DNA of 63,521 bases, the filler included, from Reclinomonas americana ATCC 50394 (Eukaryota): NCBI GenBank assembly GCA_048213135.1. It is 6 parts of 4 records of this genome, joined end to end, with 100 filler letters (N's around TTAATTAATTAA, not from the genome) between each part and the next. Parts side by side here need not be neighbours in the genome. Positions count along the whole stretch, not along the records: positions 37,605 to 56,424 come from PS015121.1; positions 56,525 to 60,884 come from PS015121.1; 4 more parts are not named here. One strand, given 5' to 3'. Made by a program: the position numbers and the translations under genes. Positions 49,701-60,984 of the stretch are shown here, in pieces; the stretch's first letter is position 1; every line of letters begins with the position of its first letter. The notes beneath the pieces were generated by a model, which did no database searches, was not told the origin of the DNA, and saw only the letters and a list, made by a program, of their open reading frames with translations.

Positions 49701-51822
49701 ACCTTGTGGTCGAGCAGAATATCAAAACCGAGAATCTCGAAGCAGCATGAGCCGTCGTTGTTCAAGTCGGGCAGACAGGTGCGGTAGACTTGCGCCAGGC
49801 GCGGCTGAACCACCAGAATGGTTTTGATGATGATGTCCTGGAGAGGAGAGGGAGTTGGGTGAGTTGAAGGAGGGACGAGGTACTCGGGCATCCACTCAAC
49901 TGCAACATCGTTCCACAGCTTCTCCACATCGTGACCGCGCGAATCGAGGAATGCGTTGAGCCACGACAGTGTGCGCTTGGAACCGGTTTCCGGGTCGCGT
50001 TGATAGTTCTCGCTGTTCTTGTTGATGCTGTAGTTGGTCAGATGCATGAACAACTTGTCCATGTTCTTGCCCGTCGGCTCCCGGTACGGCTCGGTGGCCA
50101 GGCGCACGAGACCGTCCTTGTACAAGAAGATCTTCAGCGGATCCACGCTGAGCAGCAGCACGTACACGCGGAGGTCGAACTTGAAGCCATCGAGCAGCAT
50201 CGGCTTTTTCATGTACTCCTGTGAGCCGGCATACAGATGTCAGCAAAGCGTGGAGAGAGAGAGAGAGCAGCTGTTTCTCTCTACTAACCTGCACGATGAA
50301 ATTGTCGTACGCCGAAATGTCGCTCAGCGAGCGCGTCAAAAAGATACCACGGCCCTGTGCACCGGCACCCGGCTTGACGATGAACGTGCGCTTGCCTTTG
50401 CAGGCCTCCATGTGCCGCCGCAGGTCGGTAAAATCGGACGGCAGAGTCCACGTGCGCGGAAAGAAGTTGTAGTCGTCGGGAAAGAGGCGACGCACACGAT
50501 TGAGGTTCTTGGCCAGGTACGCTTTGCGTGCAATCTCCAGCATGCCGGGGAAGTGATTGATGTGCTGCAGGTGAAAGGGGGATAGAGTGAGCACTGGTGT
50601 GTGCACAGAATCTCTCTCCCTGAATAATAACCTGGTAATCCTGCAGTCGACTGAGTCGCTCCGGTGTCATGGGGCAGTCCATCCAAAACAGAAAGAAGTC
50701 CTCATCATCCTTGGTGATCTTCCACTTCATCAGCTCGACGCAGTCACGCACTACGACGATCGAGAGGGATGAGAACACGGAATGCGAAGATCTTTTGGTG
50801 CACGCACACGCACGCACCGACAGGGTACCGACACAGATCCAGATTGGCGGTGATTGGCGGTCGCTTCTTGTTGGCCGGTGAGCTGCCAGTGGAGGGCGTC
50901 GACGCCGACTTGCTGCCCTTGCCTGCGCCCTGCTCATCGCCACCCTCACCGCCACCACCCTCACCGTCCTCGTCGTCATCATCATCTTCATCGTCGTCGT
51001 CATCATCGGCACCAGCAGCCGCGGCCGCAGCCGCTNNNNNNNNNNNNNNNNNNNNNNNNNNNNNNNNNNNNNNNNATGAGGAGGATGAGGAGGAGGATGA
51101 TGAGGAGGAGGAGCGGGCGAGGAATGGTTTGTGTGTGTGTGTGTTGGAGCAGTGGTGGAGGGGGTGTGGATGATGCATGCGTGGAGGGTGTTCTGGGTGA
51201 CACACGGATTCTCACATTCTCAAGTCGGACACAACTCCACGCGCACAATCCCTTTCCTCTTTCGCCATGCCTCTCTTCTCACTGTGATCTCTCTCTTTGT
51301 GGCATGATCAGCTCGGCGACCGTCTTCATCCTCGGCCTCCAGTGCGAGTCTGCTGTCGCCCAGCGGTATTGGAGTCACCGGGCATCGCGCGGTGGTGGGC
51401 TCCTCGGCGGCTGGTCCCTCCAGCATGTCCGCGTCACCGTCGCGAGAGGTTGCGATGCGCGCGCGCGCGTCTCCTCCACACTCCTGCTTCCGTTGTGTTC
51501 GTGCTCACACTTCCTTTTGTCACGGTTAGGCGACGCACACGGCGGCAGTGTTGGCCAGTCACCGTCAGCGCCGCGCTCTGGCCGCCAAGAACGGAGGTGC
51601 TGTGGTGAAGCCTGCAGCGGCGGCGGCTGCNNNNNNNNNNNNNNNNNNNNCGTCTTCCTCCTCCTCCTCCTCGTCATCATCCTCCTCCTCATCTTCCTCG
51701 TCTTCTTCTCCCTCATCAGCTTCCTCGCCAACAAACACACTGGTCGGCGGTTTCGCCCCCGACCATGATGATAGTGACGAGGACGCAGACAGAGTCGCAG
51801 CAGTTGTCGCAGCAGACGACAT
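46794..51822 (-). CDS. Tubulin polyglutamylase, TTLL6/7/13 type
   Basis: YQ|HINHFPGMLEIARKAYLAKNL, YNFFPRTWTLP, TFIVKP..QGRGIFL, VQ|EYMKKP.L.DGFKFDLRVYVL, GLVRLATEPY, MHLTNYSINK, CFEILGFDILLD..P.LLEVNH.PSF, NFVRIYP; long low-complexity C-terminus. Confidence 0.92.
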
Positions 51823-52602
51823 TATGAAAGAGCAAAGAGAGAAAGAGACAGGCGACTCTGTGTGTGTGTATGTGTCACTTGCGAAAAAAAGGTGGCTGTT
51901 GGTCGTCGGTCAAAGTGTGTGTGATTGGTGCGTGCAATCAACGTTGTAGTGGCGCGAGCAAAGATACTTTTTTGCCATTGTCCATCGCCGACGTCGAGCG
52001 TGATTGTTGGAGAAGCGTGTGAGCGGAACACCGAGTAGGAAGGTGAGCAACGTCGCGAGGTGCGCTCTTGCGCAGCTGTGGGTTCGGGAGCAGATCGCGA
52101 GAGAATTCGAACAAACAAAACACTTCATTCGAATTCATGATCACCACATTGCAATATGCGACAACTGTCCACAAATCCCTTGCCGACAGTGACCTTGGCA
52201 CACCAACAACATACAAAACACATAATTACTCATCTCCGACGACAGTCAGCTTCCCTTTCAGGAGGCAAAGCCAATGTAATTATAACGCGCGCGTGTTGGC
52301 CTCAAAACACAATTGCCAGAATTCGAAACTCCCTCTCCTGCAGGCCTGGTCTTTGTGTTGATGTTTACATATGGTTGGGCGTGTTGGTCTCGAGACGGTC
52401 GCGGAATGGACTGTTTTTGTCCATTTTCAACGTCGACGTCGACGTCGAGAGTGCACGCTGCGCTGTGAGATCGTAGTTTTGCGTAACAGCCGCAGCAGTA
52501 CATTGTTGCACGCGCTTGTCACTACTCGTTCGCGACAAAGTTGCAAGCTTGCTCGCACTACATGCATCGCAGGACACGCTTTCTCACTTTGCCTGGCATT
52601 CC

Positions 52603-55600
52603 ATGAGCGACACTCCTCCTCCCCCGCCTCCTCCTCCTCCTGCAGCTGCCTCTGCTGCCTCCCTGTCAGTGGTCCCCCCGCCTAACAGCACAGTGGTGGT
52701 CATTGTGCCAGGCTCGCGCTACCTCAAGATTGGAGTGGCCACGGAGACGCAGCCGACAGTGTTGCACAACTGTGCAGCATTCAGAGTGCCACCAGGTGAC
52801 TGACACGCACACACGCACGCGCAAGATAGCGACTGTTGCACTCATTTGCATTTCCAGGCACTCTGCCTCCACTGGAGCCCGATGACATGGGCATTCCCAT
52901 TCCTCCGCTCCTCTCCAAGCCCGTGGTGCTCCTCTCATCTCCACCTGCTCCACCTCAACCTCCACCATTGCCACTTGCCATGGACATTGATGTTCCTGTT
53001 CCTCCTCCTCCACCTCCTCCACCTCCACCAGCAGTCGCAGCTGGCTCCTCTGCGTCACTGCTGGCGGCCGCGCTCGAAGACGACGCCGACGAGTACTCTT
53101 ATGTGCGTTTCCCCTTTCCCCCTCCACTCCCGTTTGCATAGTCGCTCATGTGACGCAGACACTGCCGCGGCCTCGTGTGCCGAGTCCTCCGCCACCGCCG
53201 CCACCGCCACCGCCAGAGCCGGTGGAGAGCGACGAGGGCGCGGATGATGCGCTGCTGGAGGGCGGTGAGCCAGGAGAGGTGTTGGAGGCCATCAAGCACA
53301 TTCGCAGAACGATTGCCGAGGCGCGACATGCGGCCAATGCAGCGCACTTTTCGTCGGCGGCGTCCAAGGCGGCTGCGGGTGGCGCCGGAGCGAGTGGTGG
53401 CGGGAAAAAGGGCAAGGGCAGCAAGGGAAAGGAGGTGGGAGGCGGGGGGGCGGGGAGAGTGCATGTTGCATCGTGCCACTGCTCACATGCGTGCGCAGAA
53501 AGCTGCCGCCGAGAGCAGCGAGTCGACGGGTCTGCCTGCGGCCACGCTCAATCGCATCCGCGCCATTCAGCAGATTCGAGTGGATGAGCTGGCGCCGGAG
53601 ATTGATCTCGGTGGTGAGGGTGGCTTCGAGTGGACCGAGGTCTCTCCCGGCACCTCGCGTCTCTACTGTGAGCAGGCCATTCTCGTGAATCCGTACATGG
53701 ACTTTCGCATCGTGTATCCGTTGGCCGGCGGCGGGCATGTCAAGCTCGGCAGTACGGTCATGGATTTGCTCGACGATCCCGACGACAGTAGGTGGGTGCA
53801 TCTTTGAATTCTCTGGGACGGCGACGCGCTCCTCACGTGTCACTCTGCAGAACACCCCTCGGCATGATGTCGTCCATCAATCTGTTCGAGGACGTTCTCG
53901 AGTTTGCTCTCACCGACCAGCTGGAACTGACTCGAAGGATGGTGGCGGTGCGACATTCTCCCTTGTTTGCATCCCCACTCTCCTTCTCGCACTCAACCGT
54001 GGTTTTTTGATAAAGGATTCGTCGGTCATCTACGCCGTGCCCGACAACTACGACAGATGGGAGTTGACAGAGGTGGTGCAGATGCTGCTGGGGCGCATGG
54101 GATTCGCCCGTCTGTGTCTGGCGCAGGAAGGTGTGTGCGCCATGTTTGGCGCCGCCGTGCCCGTGGCCTGTGTGGTCGACGTTGGCGACCACAAGACGTC
54201 GGTGACCCTGGTGGAGGACGGTTTCATCAGTCCCGACACTCGGTATGGCTCCCCGCATGCGACTCCTGTTCGCACACGTCTCACATTGTGATGTGTGCAC
54301 GCAGCGCCACACTACCGTTTGGCTGCAGCGACATGCGGCGACTGTTCTTGTGGCTGCTGCAGAGCAGCGGATTCCCGCAGAGCGCGTGTCGCCCCATGCG
54401 AGCCAACTGCGATGACGACGAGTTCCGCCTGCTGTTCGAGCGAATTGCCACGTCGGTGATTGTTACGTACGCGGTCGCCTGCTTGCAAAATCACGCTCGT
54501 GGGTGTGCCTCTCACTGCCCTGCGTTTGTTTGCGAAAGCCTCTCGACGCCATGCCATGTCCGGTGCTGTACGCTCGTCGCCGACCGGCGTGCACGCGCCA
54601 GTACCGCTTGGTGCTGACGGACGAGCCACTGGTGGCTGGCCTGGTTTGTCAAAACTAGTTTTTCCGCTTGCTTTCTCTTGTTGTCCTCACCTCTTCCTCC
54701 CCGAAAAAATCGCGGCTGACAGACACTGTTCTCGCCGGCGGCCTTTGGACCTCTGCGACGCTCAGTCGGCAACTCGAGTGTCGGTCGCCGTCTCGGATTC
54801 GAGCAGCCATTCGACATTCTCACCGAGGAGTATCTGGCGGAACTCAATGCACTGGTCTGTTCCGTGTCTCTCGTCGCCAAGTTGTCGCCTGTCGTTCCGC
54901 TGACGACGCACTATGCACACCCGCTGTAGATTGTTCCAACCAAGCCTGCCTCCTCCGTCACCTCGGCCGCCAAGCCTACCGACGAGGGCGCGTCCTCCTC
55001 CTCCTCCTCCTCTACGACCGCCACGACCGCCACAGTGGCTGGCGCGGCGGCCGATTCGGCCGCCAAGCCGTCGCGTGTGTTTCCAGCGGGTGCATTTGCG
55101 ACGAGTGGAGCCACGACGGCGTATGTGGAGGAGCCGGTGATGCCACTCGACGAGGCCGTGTACCGGTGTCTGGCCTCCTCGCGTTGCGTCTTTGTCGGGG
55201 AAAGGGGGAAAGGGGGAAGTGGAGAGGATAAGGAGAAGACTGAGGTGGAGTGCATGTTGTGGGTGAAAATTGGCGACGGTGTCTTCTGCTTTGCCCCTCC
55301 TACCCCACCCCCATTCTCCTCTTCCTTCATATTCTCATTCTCATTCCTTGTCACAGAGGAGTACCAGAAGAAAGGCACTCTGCCACCGGTGGTGCTGGCC
55401 GGCGGTGGTGGCTCGATTGTCGGCCTCCGGGAAATGCTGCAGCAGAGGTGCGTGCTCTGCAGACATAGTCAAAAAAAAAAGACACTCACCACTCTCTCCA
55501 CAGAGTCGCAGTGCGCTTTGGCGGCAAAGTGCGCGTGGAGATCATTGATCCGAAGCAAACTCGCGGCATTCTGCCTCAGAACCTGAGCTGGCGAGGTGGG

Positions 55601-55775
55601 TGACGATATTTTTGTGATGGTTTACTCAATTGCCTTGTCTCACAAGCATGATCGCGTTGCAGGAGCGAGTATTTTTGCGGTTCTGGAAGCCGCGCGAGAG
55701 ACGTGGATCACTCGCGAGGAGTGGTCTCGCGGTGGTGTCTCTGTGCTGCGAGAACGACTGCCATTTTACTGGTAA
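52603..55775 (+). CDS. ARP8: Actin-related protein 8 (INO80 complex)
   Basis: VVIVPGSRYLKIG, YCEQAI..YPLAGG, VPDNYDR..LLGRMGF..QEGVCAMFGA..ACVVDVGDHKTSVTLVEDG, YRLVLTDEPLVAGL|TLFSPAAFG, MPLDEAV, VLAGGG, LSWRG|ASI..WITREEW..LRERLPFYW*. Confidence 0.9.
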
Positions 55776-55851
55776 AAAGACCCCTCACTTCTGATATTTT
55801 TCTGACCGTTACATTTTTTGTTGTGCATTCGACGAGCAAGAGAGCATCACC

Positions 55852-56043
55852 ATGTCGCTGGACACATCGTCCTCCTCGTCATCCTCTGCAGGCACGCAAG
55901 CACAGGCAGCAGTCAGTGTGAAAGTGTGTGTGCGAGTGCGACCGTTTCTCGCGGCAGAGCCCTCGGTGCCGTGTGTGCGAGTGCACGAGAGTGGTGACCT
56001 CATTGACTTGTCAGACTTTCGGGCCACCAATGCCAGGTTTCGG
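55852..56043 (+). CDS. Kinesin motor domain, first exon only (rest lost at linker)
   Basis: VSVKVCVRVRPF is the kinesin N-terminal motif; donor CG|GTGTGT follows. Confidence 0.78.
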
Positions 56044-56248
56044 TGTGTGGCCGAGGGAGGAAGGGGGGAAAAGGGGGGAAGGAGGGAGGGAGGGAGAGAG
56101 ACTGTCAGATGTGCATGGGTAGATGACGGCTGTAGGTGTGACGACGGGCAAGAGAAAGAGAGACGCATTGAACGCTTGGGTGCTGTGGTCACTGTGTGCT
56201 GATGAAGGCGGTGCTTGCGACAAGTATCAGTCAGTGAGACAAACAGAC

Positions 56249-56308
<60 letters not shown>

Positions 56309-56424
56309 GACGACGACGACGACGACGAGAGAGGAGAGAGGAGAGGAGAGAAGAGGAGGACGAGAGAGGAGGGAGGAGACGACGTCGCGTACGTACCGTA
56401 CGACGTCCGTCCGTTCGGTACCGT

Positions 56425-56524
56425 NNNNNNNNNNNNNNNNNNNNNNNNNNNNNNNNNNNNNNNNNNNNTTAATTAATTAANNNNNNNNNNNNNNNNNNNN
56501 NNNNNNNNNNNNNNNNNNNNNNNN
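56425..56524. other. Artificial scaffold linker
   Basis: N44-TTAATTAATTAA-N44. Confidence 0.97.
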
Positions 56525-56609
56525 TGTGAATGAGAGTGAGAGTGAGAGGACTCCGTGCAGGACGAGTGTGTGTGCGTGTGTGTGTGTGTGTAAGAGAGCG
56601 CGTGTGACG

Positions 56610-57014
56610 ATGCAGAGAGTGGTGCCTGTGTGGGGCCTTCCCCCACCCACGTACTACTCTGCGGATTGTTGCGTGCAGTGGTGGCGACTTGCCTTGCATC
56701 TCTCTCACTCTCTCTCACTCTCACACACATACAGATCCGACTGACGCCTACTCTCACGACTATGACTCGTTTCGCGACACAGAGACACCTCTGATTGTCG
56801 ACAATGGTGCCCTCTCTCATTGCTCTCTTGCATGCACATTGCATGCATTTCTCACGTGCATTGTGTGTCGCAGGATCACATCGACTCAAGGTGGGATGGG
56901 CCAGTGAGGAGTCACCGCGATGTTGCGTGTCTCTCTGCGTGTCACGAGATAGAGACGGAAGGAGGGAGGAGAGGGCAAGAGAAAGAAAGAAAGAGAACAG
57001 AGAGCGAGCGAGCG

Positions 57015-57102
<88 letters not shown>

Positions 57103-58000
57103 GAGTACGTACGTACGTACGTACGTACGTACGTTACGTTTACGTACGTACGTTACGTACGGTACGGTACGGTTACGGTACGGTTACGGTTACGGTACGT
57201 ACGTACGTACGTACGTACGTACGNNNNNNNNNNNNNNNNNNNNNNNNNNNNNNNNNNNNNNNNNNNNNNNNNNNNNNNNNNNNNNNNNNNNNNNNNNNNN
57301 NNNNNNNNNNNNNNNNNNNNNNNNNNNNNNNNNNNNNNNNNNNNNNNNNNNNNNNNNNNNNNNNNNNNNNNNNNNNNNNNNNNNNNNNNNNNNNNNNNNN
57401 NNNNNNNNNNNNNNNNNNNNNNNNNNNNNNNNNNNNNNNNNNNNNNNNNNNNNNNNNNNNNNNNNNNNNNNNNNNNNNNNNNNNNNNNNNNNNNNNNNNN
57501 NNNNNNNNNNNNNNNNNNNNNNNNNNNNNNNNNNNNNNNNNNNNNNNNNNNNNNNNNNNNNNNNNNNNNNNNNNNNNNNNNNNNNNNNNNNNNNNNNNNN
57601 NNNNNNNNNNNNNNNNNNNNNNNNNNNNNNNNNNNNNNNNNNNNNNNNNNNNNNNNNNNNNNNNNNNNNNNNNNNNNNNNNNNNNNNNNNNNNNNNNNNN
57701 NNNNNNNNNNNNNNNNNNNNNNNNNNNNNNNNNNNNNNNNNNNNNNNNNNNNNNNNNNNNNNNNNNNNNNNNNNNNNNNNNNNNNNNNNNNNNNNNNNNN
57801 NNNNNNNNNNNNNNNNNNNNNNNNNNNNNNNNNNNNNNNNNNNNNNNNNNNNNNNNNNNNNNNNNNNNNNNNNNNNNNNNNNNNNNNNNNNNNNNNNNNN
57901 NNNNNNNNNNNNNNNNNNNNNNNNNNNNNNNNNNNNNNNNNNNNNNNNNNNNNNNNNNNNNNNNNNNNNNNNNNNNNNNNNNNNNAGTACGACGTACGAA

Positions 58001-58054
<54 letters not shown>

Positions 58055-60649
58055 AATGTAGAGATCCTGCCATCTTCCGTCTCATGTTATGGTTGTTGCT
58101 GGTGTGCAGACGTGTACCGCAGCATCATCTCGAAGCGCTTTCGCGATGTGGATTCGGTCGGCGTCGACATTCCCGAGGCGAGTTGTCTCTTGTCGTCTTA
58201 TGTGCTCTGCTTCGGCACTCATCTCGTTGGTGCAGTCGGACGTGTATCGTCTGTACACCAAGACCGCCTCCGATCGTGGCATTGTCAGCCACTTGGACGT
58301 GCAGGAGGCGCTGTGGGACTATGCGTTCTCGCGTCTCGGCATCGACACGGAGGGAGTCTTCCATCCGGTGGTGATGACGGAGACTGTGTGCAATCTCAAC
58401 TACTCACGCGGCTGTTGCGTTCTCCACGCTTCCTTTGCCCTCCTCCTCGCCATGCATTGACGTTTTCCTCGATAAGCAGTGCTGGCCGAGTCGCTCTTTG
58501 AGCACTACAGTGTGCCGTCGGTGTGCTGGGGCGTCGACGCACTGTTTGGCCTCAACTATGCACGCTACTCGAATGGTGAATGCGCGTCTCTCTTTCTCTC
58601 TCTGCGTGCCTCACATCACACTCACACACCTCACGCGCACAGAGGGCTTCTGTCCTCACGGGCGCGCGCTGATCATCTCCAGCGGCTACGCCGGCACGCA
58701 TGTGATTCCGTACATTGACCACAAGATGGAGGCGAACAACGCACTGCGCATCAATCTCGGCGGCATGGATGCCACCGATCACCTCATGAAGCTGCTGCAA
58801 GTCAAGTACCCGCAGCACCGCACGTCGGTGCTGCCCATTGCTGTGGAGCGCATGAAGGAGACGTTTACGTATACGGTCGATTTCGATTACATGGAGGAGC
58901 TGCGAGGGTACCAGGAGCTGCTCGTCGACGAGGGCAATCTGCGAGCGGAGCGCGGTCATGTGCGCGATGTGAAGGAGGAGGGACCGGTGGAGCCGTCGTT
59001 TGGTCCCGTCCGCGTACAGCTGCCCTTCATTCCGGTGAGTTTGTCGTTTTCCCGTCCCATCAACAACTCTTCCCTCTCACCCCTTCTGTATCCCCTGCAC
59101 GGCAGTCGGTCACCACAATGAGCGAAGAGGACGTTGAGCGACGCGAGCGGCGGCGTCAGGAAGCCGCACAGCGTCTGCGCGACATGGCGATGAGGAAGCG
59201 AGAGGAAAAGGTACACCTACACGAAAGCCATCAATTCTCTACTGTCGCTCAGCTCATCGTCTCTTCGTCAGATTCGCCAACTCGACGCCCAGTTGGAGGA
59301 TCTACGCAAGGTGCAGTCGTTCAAAACGCAGTGCCTTCCGAAAGAGTACAAGGAGGAGCTGGCGCGCCGCGAATGCAAGAACGACGACGAGTTGAACAAG
59401 CGCATTGTCGAGGTGGAGAAGAAGCTGGCCAAGGCTCGCGGTGACAAGGAGGCGGAGGCGGGCGACGGCAGCGGCGATCCGCAGGCGTCATTGTCGCCGG
59501 CCGAGTTGTACCCGTTGCTCGATGTGCCGGATTCGCAGCTGGACGAGGCGCAGCGCAAGGAGAAGAAGCGACAGCGGTTCATGAAGAACATTGCCGAGGC
59601 CCGCGAACGACGACGAGCCGAGCTGCAGGAGAAGCGCGAGCGGGAGGACGAGGAGAAGAGACGCGAGCAGGAGCTTCGATTGAGGAGTCCGGCCGAGTGG
59701 CTCAAGTCGAAGAAGCGCCTGCGCGACGAGTACCTCGACCGGGTGGAGCGCAAGAAGCGTCGCAAGAAGGAGATGAACGACCGACGTGGTGTGGTGGCGC
59801 AGATGCGACTCAAGGCGCTGGCAGAGGCCGGTGGCATGAGCGAGGCGGCGCCGACGGAGCAGCGTTTCGGCGAGCGCGATGACGACTGGAACGTGTACAA
59901 GTTCATGGCCAAGGAGGCCGACGACAGCTCCTCCGACGAGGAGACTATCAGCGCGCGTGTGGAGGCATTGGATGTGGAGATTGCGGAGATGGAGCCAGAC
60001 TGGTACGCCATTGTGCACCGCATGCGCAACAGCCGGAGAGAGAGTTGCGTTGCGCACACACACACGCCTCTTCCTCGTTTCTCTTCTGTCCTGCCGTTCC
60101 AACTCTGCATTTTTTTCTCTTTGTGTCTACTGCGCAGCGCTGTATGGCCTCGGACAGACGCAAACCGCCTTTTGCGAGGCGGAGAACCACCAGCTGCAGC
60201 TGGCTGTGGAGCGCATTCGCGTGCCCGAGTTGGTCTTCCAGCCGCAGCTGGCCGGCTGTGAGCAGGCCGGTCTGGTGGAATGCATTCAGACGGTACTGGC
60301 ACGCTATCCGCAGGCTGTGCAGCGTGAGCTGCTGCAGAATGTGTACGTGGTCGGCGGCAACACCCTCTTCCCCAACTTCACCGGCCGCGTCACCAATGAG
60401 ATTCGCGCGTTCTCGGCCTACGGGCAGCCGATTCGCGTAATTGGCGGCAGTGCCGGTGGCTCAATCCTCGATCCGTGGCGGGGGGCCGCCATCTTTGCAC
60501 GAGACCGTCAACAGCTGCGATCGGCGTCGCTGACGCGCGCCGAGTTCCACGAACGCGGTCAGTGGCACATTGCGGAGCAGCGCGGCTTCTTCCGGGAACA
60601 CGCCTTTTCAAATCCGTTCTTCCCCTCACCACTGCCACCGGCTACGTAA
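56610..60649 (+). CDS. ARP5: Actin-related protein 5 (INO80 complex), 10 exons
   Basis: PLIVDNG|SHRLKVGW, QEALWDYAFSRLGI..HPVVMTE..NYSR..LAESLFEHYSVPSV.WGVDALF, RINLGG..LLQVKYP, VQLPF, coiled-coil insert, FGERDDDWNVYK, QLAVERIRVPELVFQP, DPWRGAA, EHAFSN. Introns: 56668-56734, 56807-56873, 56922-58109, 58178-58235, 58414-58479, 58576-58642, 59035-59105, 59211-59271, 60044-60137. Confidence 0.93.
57018..57100. repeat. (GA)n microsatellite in ARP5 intron 3
   Basis: Perfect GA run; resumes at about 58005-58053 after the gap. Confidence 0.9.
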
Positions 60650-60694
60650 AAAAAAGAATCGAGAACAACAACAACACCCTCCTCTTTATTGGTT

Positions 60695-60884
60695 TCATTC
60701 TCTGTGGTCACGGTGGTGTCGCCGCGAGTGCACGTCACCGCCGCGACCATTTCCATTCACCACCATTCCTCCGCCGTCGCCTGGCGATTTCCTGCCATGC
60801 TCGGGATCGGCGCCATCTTCGTCCTCGTCGCTGGAGGACGTGCGCCGATCCTCGGCGTGCTTGAATCCATTACCCAGCACACCC
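60695..60884 (-). CDS. Probable 3' terminal fragment of an unknown gene convergent with ARP5
   Basis: Open frame from the scaffold edge to TGA at 60695 (..SSSDEDEDGADPEH..HHRDHRE*), followed by AATAAA on the minus strand. Confidence 0.4.
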
Positions 60885-60984
60885 NNNNNNNNNNNNNNNN
60901 NNNNNNNNNNNNNNNNNNNNNNNNNNNNTTAATTAATTAANNNNNNNNNNNNNNNNNNNNNNNNNNNNNNNNNNNNNNNNNNNN
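60885..60984. other. Artificial scaffold linker
   Basis: N44-TTAATTAATTAA-N44. Confidence 0.97.

Noticed and set aside
57101-57223. (TACG)n / GTAC-rich tract, also at about 56380-56424 and about 57987-58005
   Set aside because: Occurs only at contig ends right after long GA runs and follows the T-A-C-G flow order of pyrosequencing; most likely a dephasing artefact.
2449-60044. GTTGCG introns as an Introner-type mobile intron family
   Set aside because: The introns share only the donor hexamer, a CTCAC/CTGAC-like branch site and YAG; bodies and lengths are unrelated and there are no terminal repeats.
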